Positions 1-9,280 of a stretch of DNA of 64,000 nucleotides are shown here, in pieces. Each line of letters starts with the position of its first letter. Position 1 is the stretch's first letter. The notes below the pieces were generated by a model. It ran no database searches, was not told the DNA's origin, and worked only from the letters and a program-made list of their open reading frames with translations. The position numbers and the translations under genes are program-made. Source of the DNA: Candidatus Latescibacterota bacterium (GTDB lineage: Bacteria; Krumholzibacteriota; Krumholzibacteriia; WVZY01; JAKEHA01); the NCBI GenBank assembly GCA_963707635.1, contig OY970173.1:2784001-2848000 (forward strand). The letters are read 5' to 3'.

Positions 1-358
1 GAACGCGGCGGACGGCGCCGCCACCATCGTGCTGCCGCCGTTGTCGCGCCGTCTGCCCTACCTGAACACGTTGGCCAACGTGGCCACGCTGCTGGGTCTG
101 CTCGGCACCATTTTCGGCCTCACGACGGCCTTCTCGGCGGTGAGCGCCGCCGACCCTGCGCAGCGTTCGTCGTTCCTTGCGGTGGGGATCGCGCAGGCCC
201 TGAACACGACCGCGTTCGGACTCATCATCGCCGTGCCGACGCTCATCCTCCACAGCTTTCTGGTGAGCAAGGTGGAAGGCGTCGTCGAGTGCATCGACGA
301 AGCGAGCGTTCGCTTGATCGACGCCGTGACCCGGAAGGGGTCGGCCAACGCGGCCTAG
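1..358 (+). CDS. MotA/TolQ/ExbB proton channel protein (5'-partial)
   Basis: Motifs 'LANVATLLGLLGTIFGL' and 'GIAQALNTTAFGLIIAVP'; followed by two ExbD-like genes. Confidence 0.92.
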   Translation, partial: NAADGAATIVLPPLSRRLPYLNTLANVATLLGLLGTIFGLTTAFSAVSAADPAQRSSFLAVGIAQALNTTAFGLIIAVPTLILHSFLVSKVEGVVECIDEASVRLIDAVTRKGSANAA

Positions 359-394
359 CGGCCCGACCGGCGGCAGTCTCAGCAGGAGAGAGCC

Positions 395-844
395 ATGCGA
401 AGCAGCACGCGACGGGGTTACCGTGACATCGTGGCGGACGACATCGAGTTGATGCCGCTCATGAACCTGTTTGTGGCAATGATCCCGATGCTCCTGATCT
501 CGGCCGTCTTTCTCAACGTGACCGTGATCGACATGAAGGCCCCCCCGGAGGCAGCGGACGCCGGCGCCGGCCAGAAGGACAGCATCGCGCTCGCAATCAC
601 CATCAAGGAAAACTACTACGTGGTCGAGGGGCGCGGGGTCGAGAAGCGGGTCATCGTGCGCGCCGACGCGGACGCGCAGGAACAGCTCGCGGACGCCCTC
701 GCCGGCGTGGTCGCCGAGCACCCGGACAACCAAGACGTCATCATCATCTCGGAGCAGGACACGCGGTACGGAGACATCGTCGCGGTCATGGACATCTCGC
801 GCGATTCCGGTCTGCCCGCGGTGTCGCTCCTCGGCGCCAACTGA
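395..844 (+). CDS. ExbD/TolR family biopolymer transport protein
   Basis: 'IELMPLMNLFVAMIPMLL' TM segment and 'YGDIVAVMD' C-terminal motif; N replaces the usual TM Asp. Confidence 0.85.
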   Translation: MRSSTRRGYRDIVADDIELMPLMNLFVAMIPMLLISAVFLNVTVIDMKAPPEAADAGAGQKDSIALAITIKENYYVVEGRGVEKRVIVRADADAQEQLADALAGVVAEHPDNQDVIIISEQDTRYGDIVAVMDISRDSGLPAVSLLGAN

Positions 845-862
845 CAGAAAGTCGGATTACGA

Positions 863-1354
863 ATGCGCAGACGAAGACGCCGGCAGATCAAGGTACGCAG
901 CGTGCATACGCCGTTGCGATTGACCTCCATGATGGACATTCTCACGACGCTCTTGCTGTTCCTCCTCAAGAGCTTCGTCGTGGAAGGCGAAGTCATCGCC
1001 CCGGTTCCCGGCGTTGATCTACCCGAGTCGTCCAGCACGACCGCGCCGCAGGCGTCGATCGTCGTGGCGATCTTCGACGACACGATCATGATGGACGGCG
1101 AAGTGGTGGCGCGGGTGTCGAAGGCGGGCGCGTCCGGCAACCTGCTCATCAGCCCGCTCGCAAGGCGGCTGGACCACGCCCGGGAGACGGCCACCGAGAT
1201 CGCACGCCTGCGGGGCGGCGACGAGGTGTTTCAGGGCAAGGTTTCGATCCAGGGCGATCGCGAGATCCCCTTCGCGATCCTCCAGCGCGTCATGTACACC
1301 TGCAGCGCGAGCGGTTACGAAGAAATCTCGCTCGCCGTGATCGGGAAGTCATAA
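863..1354 (+). CDS. ExbD/TolR family protein (AglS/AglQ-like)
   Basis: 'LTSMMDILTTLLLFLLK' TM with conserved Asp; 'IQGDREIPFAILQRVMYT'. Confidence 0.87.
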   Translation: MRRRRRRQIKVRSVHTPLRLTSMMDILTTLLLFLLKSFVVEGEVIAPVPGVDLPESSSTTAPQASIVVAIFDDTIMMDGEVVARVSKAGASGNLLISPLARRLDHARETATEIARLRGGDEVFQGKVSIQGDREIPFAILQRVMYTCSASGYEEISLAVIGKS

Positions 1355-2343
1355 TGCCGGCCGGAAGCCTCTCGCAGTACCAGCAGCCCCTGTGGGGGCC
1401 CGTCGATCGCACGCTCCGCAACTGTTTCATCGGCGCCTCTATCCTCGGCTTGCTGGTTCTGATCGTGGCGCTGGTGGCACCCGTGCTGCCCACCCGGCCC
1501 ATGACGGTGGAAGACGTTCCAGAGCGCATCGCGCGCCTGATCCTCGAGAAGCCCAAGGCGCCGGCGGCGAAAGCACCCGAATCCGTGGCCCTCGCCCCGA
1601 AGGTGGAACCGAAGGCGGACGCCCCGCCCAAGGTCGAACCCAAACCCATGCCCAAACGCGCGCCTGCACAGCCGCGCGTGTCTCCGGACAAGGGCGTCCA
1701 GGGTCGGCTGAAAGCCAGACAGGAAGTCACGCAAAACGTCGCGCAGGTCACCGGCTCGCTCGACAGGGTGCTCGACAACCTCTCGAAATCGCTGCCCGCA
1801 GCCACGAAGCCTTCCGGTGGCGGCGACACCGCCCGGCACCGCCGCTCGGTGCGCAGCGGACGATCGGGCAACCAGATTGCCTCGGTGGGTGGGGTGTCGA
1901 GTCTTTCGTCGGCGGACGTTGCCGGGTCCGCCATCGAGAGCAAGGGAATCAGCATCGCGGCCATCGCCGATCTCGACGTGCAGGGTGGAGGCGGCGCACC
2001 CGACGGCACGCCCGGCGCGCGCCCTTCCGCCCCTTCGAGCGGGCGCAACGACTACCGAAGCAACGAATCCCTCCTGGGCGTGATACGCCGTTACGCTCCG
2101 GGGATACAGTTCTGCTACGACAACGAGCTCAAGCGCAACCCCGGGCTGCGCGGCAAACTCGTGGTCAGCATGATCGTGCTGGCGAACGGCACGGTCAGCG
2201 AAGCCACCATCGTCGAAGACAGTTTGAAATCGCCCTCCGTCCGGGAGTGCGTGCTCGCGCAGATTCGGGGATGGCAATTCCCCGCCATTCCGTCCGGGAG
2301 CACGAGCTTCAAGACCCCGTTCGTGTTCACACCGCCCAACTAA
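1354..2343 (+). CDS. TonB-like energy transducer with AgmX/PglI-type C-terminal domain
   Basis: N-terminal TM, Pro/Lys-rich linker, C-terminal 'IQFCYDNELKRNPGLRGKL...ECVLAQIRGWQFP...PFVF'. Confidence 0.8.
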   Translation: MPAGSLSQYQQPLWGPVDRTLRNCFIGASILGLLVLIVALVAPVLPTRPMTVEDVPERIARLILEKPKAPAAKAPESVALAPKVEPKADAPPKVEPKPMPKRAPAQPRVSPDKGVQGRLKARQEVTQNVAQVTGSLDRVLDNLSKSLPAATKPSGGGDTARHRRSVRSGRSGNQIASVGGVSSLSSADVAGSAIESKGISIAAIADLDVQGGGGAPDGTPGARPSAPSSGRNDYRSNESLLGVIRRYAPGIQFCYDNELKRNPGLRGKLVVSMIVLANGTVSEATIVEDSLKSPSVRECVLAQIRGWQFPAIPSGSTSFKTPFVFTPPN

Positions 2344-2523
2344 CGCGTCCTGCGCGACCACGCTGCCGCACAAGCCCGTGCGCTCCCCGGCGCCCGGGTA
2401 GCTTTCCGAATTGCGCAGCGTCAGTCACCCGTGGTATGAATAGCGGTTATTAGGGTCGGATCATCCGTTGCCGCACGGCCGACCCACGCCAACCACGATT
2501 CCATCGATAACCGGCTGCAAGAA

Positions 2524-2931
2524 ATGAGGAACTCCCCGATGAGACAGCGAGTGTGGAGACTGGTCGTGCTGTGGATCGCCTGCGCCGTGCCCGACCTCGC
2601 GGTCGCACAGTCCGCAACCGAACACGCGAGCGCACCGATCGATCAGTGGTCGATGCTGTTCGTGTTCGTGCTGGCGACGTTCGTCGGCCTGGGTGTGATC
2701 GTCCGGGTGTCGCGCCTGCTGCACACGCCGCTCATGTCCATCACCAACGCCATTTCGGCCATCGCGGTGGTCGGCTCGATCATCGTCACGGGCTCCGACT
2801 ACCCGCGCAACATCCGCATCCTGGGCGCCATCGCGTTGTTCGCGTCCATGACCAACATCGTCAGCGGCTTCCTGATCACGGAGCGCATGCTGAAGATGTT
2901 CAAGACCACCGGTGAGGGGGGCAAGAAATGA
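2524..2931 (+). CDS. pntAB: NAD(P) transhydrogenase subunit alpha, membrane part (alpha2)
   Basis: 'LHTPLMSITNAISAI' and 'NIVSGFLITERMLKMF'; overlaps pntB start; start could be 2539. Confidence 0.92.
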   Translation: MRNSPMRQRVWRLVVLWIACAVPDLAVAQSATEHASAPIDQWSMLFVFVLATFVGLGVIVRVSRLLHTPLMSITNAISAIAVVGSIIVTGSDYPRNIRILGAIALFASMTNIVSGFLITERMLKMFKTTGEGGKK

Positions 2932-4331
2932 CGCACGCCATCGTCCAGCTGGCCTATCTCGCGGCGACGGTGCTGTTCGTCCTTTCGCTCAGCTGGATGA
3001 GCCACCCCAGGACGGCGCGGCGGAGCGTGCGCGCCGGTGTGGCCGCGATGCTGCTCGCCGTGGTGGCGACGTGGATCCAGCCCGAGATCATCAACGACGG
3101 GTGGATCATCCTGGCCATCATCGCGGGCTTCGTCGTGGGGGTTCCGCTCTCCCGCGTGCCGCTCACGGCGGTGCCGCAGCGAACCGCGCTCTCGCACGCG
3201 TTCGGCGGCCTGGCCGCCGGGCTGGTCGGAACCGCGAAGTACTACCTGTGGTCCAGTCATAGTCCCGAAGAACTCACCACCTTTCGGATGATCGCCATCG
3301 TGGCCGAGGTCATTCTCGGGTTCCTGACCCTGACCGGGAGTCTGATGGCGGCCGGGAAGCTGCAGGAAGTGAAATGGATCCCGCAGCGGCCCGTCACCTA
3401 CCCGGGTCAGAATTTCGTCAACCTCGGTTTGCTGGCGATCGCGGTGGTGATCGGCGCCGTGCTCGTGTTCCAGCCGCTCGGCCCGTATTCCCAGTTCATG
3501 TTCCCCGCGATCATCGTGCTCGCGCTCGCGTTCGGCGTGATGCTGGTGATCCCGATCGGCGGCGCCGACATGCCGACTGTCATCTCGATCCTGAATTCCT
3601 ACGCGGGGCTCTCCGCGGTGGCGATGGGCTTCGTGCTGGACAACAAGCTCCTGATCACCGCCGGGGCGCTGGACGGGTCCAGCGGTCTCATCCTGTCCAT
3701 CATCATGTGCCGCGCGATGAACCGCTCGTTCGCGAACGTCCTCTTCGGCGCGTTCGGAAAGGTGCAGGCGCGCGCCGCCGCGGGAGAAGAGAAGGTCTAC
3801 AAGCCCGAGACGGTCGAGGGCGCCGCCCAGGTGCTCGAGCAGGCGAGCCTGGTCGTCATCATTCCCGGTTATGGGATGGCGGTGGCGCAGGCCCAGCACC
3901 GCGTCCACGAGCTGGCCGAACAGCTCCACAAGCGCGGGATCACGGTCAAGTTCGCGATCCACCCCGTCGCGGGGCGCATGCCCGGGCACATGAACGTGCT
4001 CTTGGCCGAGGCCAACGTCCCGTACAGCGACCTGGTGGAGATGGACGACATCAACGCCGACATGGCGCAGTGCGACGTGGCGCTGGTGATCGGCGCCAAC
4101 GACGTCGTCAACCCGGCCGCGCGTTACGACAAGTCGAGCCCGATCTACGGCATGCCGATCATCGACGCCGACAAGGCCAAGACCATCTACGCCATCAAGC
4201 GCAGCAAGAACCCGGGTTTCGCCGGCATCGACAACGAGCTCTACTTCAACGACAAGACGTTCATGCTCTTCGGCGATGCCAAGGTGGTGGTGGGCGAGCT
4301 GGTGAAGCAGCTGGCGGGCGGCGGCCACTAG
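2928..4331 (+). CDS. pntB: NAD(P) transhydrogenase subunit beta
   Basis: 'IGGADMPTVISILNSYAG', 'PGYGMAVAQAQH', 'HPVAGRMPGHMNVLLAEA', 'GANDVVNPAA'. Confidence 0.97.
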   Translation: MTHAIVQLAYLAATVLFVLSLSWMSHPRTARRSVRAGVAAMLLAVVATWIQPEIINDGWIILAIIAGFVVGVPLSRVPLTAVPQRTALSHAFGGLAAGLVGTAKYYLWSSHSPEELTTFRMIAIVAEVILGFLTLTGSLMAAGKLQEVKWIPQRPVTYPGQNFVNLGLLAIAVVIGAVLVFQPLGPYSQFMFPAIIVLALAFGVMLVIPIGGADMPTVISILNSYAGLSAVAMGFVLDNKLLITAGALDGSSGLILSIIMCRAMNRSFANVLFGAFGKVQARAAAGEEKVYKPETVEGAAQVLEQASLVVIIPGYGMAVAQAQHRVHELAEQLHKRGITVKFAIHPVAGRMPGHMNVLLAEANVPYSDLVEMDDINADMAQCDVALVIGANDVVNPAARYDKSSPIYGMPIIDADKAKTIYAIKRSKNPGFAGIDNELYFNDKTFMLFGDAKVVVGELVKQLAGGGH

Positions 4332-4345
4332 GCTGCGGGACCGGG

Positions 4346-6935
4346 CTACTTGATGACGGTGAGCTTGACGGTGCGCACGCCCGCGTCGCCGGCGGCCCGG
4401 AGGAAATAGGTTCCGCTGGCTACGGGTTCGCCGGCATCGTTGCGCCCGTCCCAGACGAGCGACCGCGACGCGGCGCGCAGCGGGGCGTCCCAGAGCAGCC
4501 GCACGCGCCGGCCCGACACGTCGAAGACGGCCACGCGCATGCGCGCGCCGGCCCCGGCCTGGACGCGAATCGTCGTCGTCGGATTGAACGGGTTGGGGTA
4601 GGCCGAAATCGCGAGCTCTGCGCGCGGCGTCTCATCGCCCACCGCCGTCGTCCCCACCGGCACCACGTACCCGTCGCGGACCACGAACCCGAGCACCTGC
4701 TCATCATGGAGAACCTGGGTGATTCCGGAGTCCAAGAACCGGAAGTCCGCGTCCTCGCGATCCAGATGGATCGTGGATCCCGACACTTCGCAGGTCGCCG
4801 TTCCGCCGGTGATGGTCGCGTAGTCGGTTCCCCCGACGGCGAGCGAGCTCACCCCTGCCGCGAGATAGCCCGACACCGCACCGGAGGCCTCGCGCACCCA
4901 CGTCACGAGCGCGTCGGTCTCGATGTCGCCGTACGCCGCGCTCACGCCGGAATCGTTGCGGACGAACTGGTCGACGATCCCCCCGCTCCATTCGATGCGG
5001 CACGCGTACCCCCACGGGTAGGATGCGTTCGTCACATTCGGCGCCGGCGCGGTGTTCTCGCGCGGCAGCAGGAGAAATGAATATCGCGGGTTGACCGCGG
5101 TGCGCGTCACGCGCAGCACGGTGGAGTTGGGATCGAGGGTGTCGTTTTCGAACGGCTGCGTCGCGATCGACACCGAATCCAGCGGCGGATTGAGGAGGTG
5201 AACGTCCATTGTTGCGAGCGAACCCGCGATGGTGATCGGGTTTGCCGCGGCGTTGATCGTATTATTGAAATGCGTGTGCATGCGCCATTCGTACGTGTGG
5301 GGGGCGTCGTCCTTGTCGATGTCGTCCATGACCACGAAATAGGGCGCCATGGACTCCCCGTGCGCGACCAGGACGCGTCGCAACGCAAACTGCACCGGGT
5401 TCGCCCCCGAGTATCCCCAGGACCAGTCGGTGCCCGGGAACGGCTGGCCGGGCGCGTTGAACTCGCTGTAGGTGCCGTAGGCGGCGGTGGCGTCCCCGAC
5501 CAGGTAGTCGGCGGTGCCACCCAGGAGGTGTTCGGCGATCCGGCCGTCGGTGCCGATGGATGCGCCGGCGTTGTGCTGTCCCTGGCCGTCGATGAGCACC
5601 ATATTGTGCGACTCGCTCTCCTTCGCGGTCGAACCGGAGCCGTGGTCGATGGCGAATTTCTCGCCGTACGCGTACAGGGCAAACTGATTCTGATCCTCCT
5701 GCGCGTGACCGCCCTGGATACTTGCCCGAGTAGAAGCAAAACACGACGTCTCGGGAATTCGCGCCCGACTGCCAGCCGGTGCGGAAATGGTACAGCCCGC
5801 GCTGGAGCCACACCCGGTGCAGCGGCAGCACGGTGCCGGGCGGGACCAGCGGAACGCTTCGGTGCCACAGGACCCGCGCCACCTTGTCCGACTCGGTGCC
5901 GAAATCCACGCCGTACGCGCCGACGACATGCTCCCAGAGCCACGCCGAGAGGCCGCTGCCCCACTGGTGGATCGCCCAGTCCAGGTACGCCTCGTTGCGC
6001 GCAAACGGCGTCGTCCAATACGACGAATCGTTGAGGTTGTGGGACCGCCCCGATCCTTCGGGCAACAGCTCGTACGCGAGCCATTCCTCGAGGGCGCGCA
6101 GCCGCGGGTTGTCGCCGAGCTCGTGCCCATCGAAGCGCTGGCGCGCGTCGAAGTAGTAGACCAGGTTCATCGTGGTCCAGAGCGAATACAGACCTCCCTC
6201 GTTGTAGGCGCCGCCGGGGTCGAACTGGTACAGGAAGAGGTTGTCGACGATTCGATCCGCCATGGCCATCGCGTCGGAAAGCAGCGACGCGTCGGCCTCG
6301 CCCTGCAGCGCGATCGCCGCCAGCCCCAGCGCCGCGCCGAACATCGCGCTGTGGTTAGCGAGATAGGGCCGGTACTCGAACTGCTGGTATGCGGTGTACC
6401 AGGTCATCCTCTGGATATACAGCACCATCTCGTCGCGAATGCGCGCACGTTCGGTCTCGGTGGCGTCTGCAAAGAACATGTCATACCCGAGCGCGAGCGC
6501 CCGCAGCCGCATGCCCGAGCCGGCTTCGTCGAAGTCGGGGCCATACGTGTCCAGGATGTAGGTCGTCAGCATCTTGCCGAATGCCTTCGCGACGCTGTCC
6601 GCGGGGGACTCGACGTACCCCACCAGACCGGAGGCGGGAATCGACTGCAGGCCGTACCACTGCCCCAGCGTGAATCCGATGGGCTGCGACGGCCAGACCA
6701 GCTTCACCCAGGTGCGGAGATACAGGTACGCGGCGTCATCGGGCCCACCGTCCTGTATTTTCGACCGCAGCGCCGGAATCTCGGCGGGCGTGAACAGCAG
6801 GCGCGGGTGATGCGCGTGGTAGAGCGAGTCGGACAGGACGGGCTGCGACGACGACCGCCGGGTGTCGACCGCCAGCAGTCCCAGCAGAATCAACAACGGC
6901 AGTGCGTATCCTCGGGTGCGCGGCACGGGCTTCAT
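4346..6935 (-). pseudogene. Heparinase II/III-family (DUF4962-like) secreted lyase with FlgD-Ig CTD; frameshifted near 5717 (pseudogene or sequencing error)
   Basis: N-part: signal peptide, 'HPRLLFT', 'NHS', 'GAYNEGGLY'. C-part in another frame: 'GHAQEDQNQFALYAYG', 'HNMVLIDG', 'YPNPFNP...WDGRNDAG'. Removing one base in AAG TAT C CAG GGC joins the two. Confidence 0.8.
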
Positions 6936-7043
6936 TATACTCGATGCGCCGCGCGCCGTGGCGGCAGCCCGCGGTTGCCCATGCATGCGAACCCGTGCTA
7001 CAATCGCAACTTGGACGCCATTCATCGCGCGGAGTCAGGCGGT

Positions 7044-8087
7044 TTGTCCACGCATCTGCCAGGGAACCAGACGACCCGAGTCAAACTCGCATTCGTGGGC
7101 TGCGGAGCCATCACCCGCCAGGAGCACCTGCCGGCGGGGTTGCGGTCTCCGTTGGTGCACGTGTCGGCGCTGGTCGATTCGCAACTGGAGAGTGCGAAGG
7201 CGGTGGCGCGCATGTATGGGCTCGACACCGCGGTCGCGAGCGATGTTTCCGAGATCCTGGACCGGGCGCAGGGATTCGTCCTCGCCACCCCCAACGATAC
7301 GCACCACCCCATCGCCAGGCAAATCCTCGACCGCGGCAAACCGCTCCTGATCGAGAAGCCGATCACCACCACCTATCGCGACGCGCTGGAGCTGTGCGAG
7401 CTCGCCGACCGCCGCGGCACATTCATCTCCGTGGGCTACCGGTATCGATTCTTTCCCAGCGCGCGGCTCCTGAAAGACCTCCTCGACGACGGCTACTTCG
7501 GTCGGGTGTCGTCCTTCCGCTGCGAGATGGGTTCCCGCGGCGGGTGGGCGCCGCTGTCCGGATACAACCTCGACCGCGCCCGCTCGGGCGGCGGGGTCCT
7601 CGTCGTCAACGGCACCCACTTCCTCGACCTGGCGTTCTACTGGTTCGGCGAACCGGTGTCGTTCCGCTACCAGGACGACAACTATGGAAACGTGGAGGCG
7701 AACTGCAAAGGAGCCTGGTGCTATTCCGGCGCCCGCGGCGCGTTCGAAGGGAGCTTCTTCTTCTCCAAGTCGATCGCGCTCGCGAACCGCTTCGTCATCG
7801 AGACGGAAAACGGCCGGGTGGTGTGGTCGCCCGCCAACGCCGAATCCATCACCGTGGTCGACAAGCGACGCCCGGACCTCACCTCACAGTTGTCCGCGGC
7901 GCGCCGCTCGAACGAGCCGGCCGATTCCTTCCGCGACCAGCTGGAAGAGTTCTGCCGCAACATCGACCGCCCCGGCACCATCACCAGCGACGGACGCAGC
8001 GGAGCGAAGTCCATCAAGCTCATCGAAGAGATGTACGCGAGCGCGACGCGCCTCTCCGAGGACTGGCTGACCTACAAGAAACGATGA
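7044..8087 (+). CDS. Gfo/Idh/MocA family oxidoreductase
   Basis: 'LAFVGCGAI', 'LLIEKPI', 'SGGGVLVVNGTHFLDL'; TTG start is approximate. Confidence 0.9.
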   Translation: MSTHLPGNQTTRVKLAFVGCGAITRQEHLPAGLRSPLVHVSALVDSQLESAKAVARMYGLDTAVASDVSEILDRAQGFVLATPNDTHHPIARQILDRGKPLLIEKPITTTYRDALELCELADRRGTFISVGYRYRFFPSARLLKDLLDDGYFGRVSSFRCEMGSRGGWAPLSGYNLDRARSGGGVLVVNGTHFLDLAFYWFGEPVSFRYQDDNYGNVEANCKGAWCYSGARGAFEGSFFFSKSIALANRFVIETENGRVVWSPANAESITVVDKRRPDLTSQLSAARRSNEPADSFRDQLEEFCRNIDRPGTITSDGRSGAKSIKLIEEMYASATRLSEDWLTYKKR

Positions 8088-9280
8088 GCACGAACACGCC
8101 CAAACTCGCCATCCTCGGCGCGTCCGGCTTCGTCGGCTCCGCCCTGGTCGAGCGTTTGTACTTCGACGACGCCTGGCGGGACCGGTTCGAATTCACCGCC
8201 TTCATTCGCGGGTTCGGCAACGCGGCGCGGCTGGCGAGGCTGCCGATCCGGATCGAGCGGCTCGACCTGACCGACTACCCGCAGGTGCAGGCCGCGCTGT
8301 CGGGCTACGACTACGTCGTGAATTGTACGCGCGGCGATACCGCGCTCATGATGAACGGCCTGAAGAACACCGCGCGCGCGATGAAGACGCTCCGCACCCG
8401 GAAGTTCGTGCACCTCGGCAGCGTGGCGATCTACGGAGAGGACCCGCCGGCCGAGAGTGCCCGCGAGAACGCGCCGCCGAATCCGGTGCGCACGGAGTAC
8501 GGGAACATCAAGGCGGCGCAGGACGAGTTGGTGTTCGCCCTGCACCAACAGGGCGTTCCCTCGATGATTCTCTGCCCTTCGAACATCGGCGGCCCCTACT
8601 CCGATCTCATCCTGGACGCCGTCGCCAGGCTGTCAGCCGGCGAGATCGTGCTGGTCGACGAAGGCCGCTACCCCACCAACATCGTGCACGTCGACAACCT
8701 CGTCCAGGCCGTCCTGGCCGCGCTGGCGAGCGACACCGGCTGGGGCGAGCGGTATTTCGTCAACGAAACGGAGCCGACGACGTGGAAGCAGTTCTTTGAA
8801 GACCTCGTGTCGATGCTCGGCACCGAGTACGAGTTCGCCGGCGTTTCCCGCGAAGAGGTTGTCCAGCAGATGAGCCGTCAGAAGTCGCGGACGTCGGCAG
8901 GAATCAAGAGCCAGGTGGGAACGCTGGTCTCCAGCGAGTTTCGCGAAGCGGTCAGCGTGCTCCCCGCGTTCCGGGCCATGGACGACGGGGCCAAGCGACT
9001 GTTTCGCGGTCTTAGTCCGCGGATGCAGGAAAGAATCCGCCGCCGTCTGGCGCGGCCCATCGTCGTGCCGCAGGTCCGCAGTACGCGCAGCCTCGACCAC
9101 AAATTGATCACGGCCCAGATTCGCCGGGTCTACCATTCACCGCAGAAGGCGATGGACCGGCTCCAGTACGCCCCGCTGCTCGACTATCGGCAGGGCATGG
9201 ACACCACGCGGAAATGGCTCGAGTTCGCCAACCGGGTGCCGGTGCGGTCACATCCAGGTGTCGAGCCAGGTGTGAAATGA
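8084..9280 (+). CDS. NAD-dependent epimerase/dehydratase (extended SDR)
   Basis: 'ILGASGFVGS', 'HLGSVAIYG', YxxxK 'YGNIK', 'VHVDNLVQA'; ATGA overlap with the upstream gene. Confidence 0.9.
   Translation: MSTNTPKLAILGASGFVGSALVERLYFDDAWRDRFEFTAFIRGFGNAARLARLPIRIERLDLTDYPQVQAALSGYDYVVNCTRGDTALMMNGLKNTARAMKTLRTRKFVHLGSVAIYGEDPPAESARENAPPNPVRTEYGNIKAAQDELVFALHQQGVPSMILCPSNIGGPYSDLILDAVARLSAGEIVLVDEGRYPTNIVHVDNLVQAVLAALASDTGWGERYFVNETEPTTWKQFFEDLVSMLGTEYEFAGVSREEVVQQMSRQKSRTSAGIKSQVGTLVSSEFREAVSVLPAFRAMDDGAKRLFRGLSPRMQERIRRRLARPIVVPQVRSTRSLDHKLITAQIRRVYHSPQKAMDRLQYAPLLDYRQGMDTTRKWLEFANRVPVRSHPGVEPGVK

Noticed and set aside
2799..4328. Long antisense or alternate-frame ORFs (e.g. 2799-4328, 3374-5080, 14093-15490, 18025-19413, 32514-34097, 55995-57389)
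   Set aside because: Shadow ORFs of well-supported genes in high-GC sequence; Arg/Gly/Pro-rich with no motifs.
5787..8083. N-terminal extensions of the 766-aa and 792-aa ORFs
   Set aside because: They overlap the lyase or the oxidoreductase; the recognisable domains start at about 7044 and 8084.
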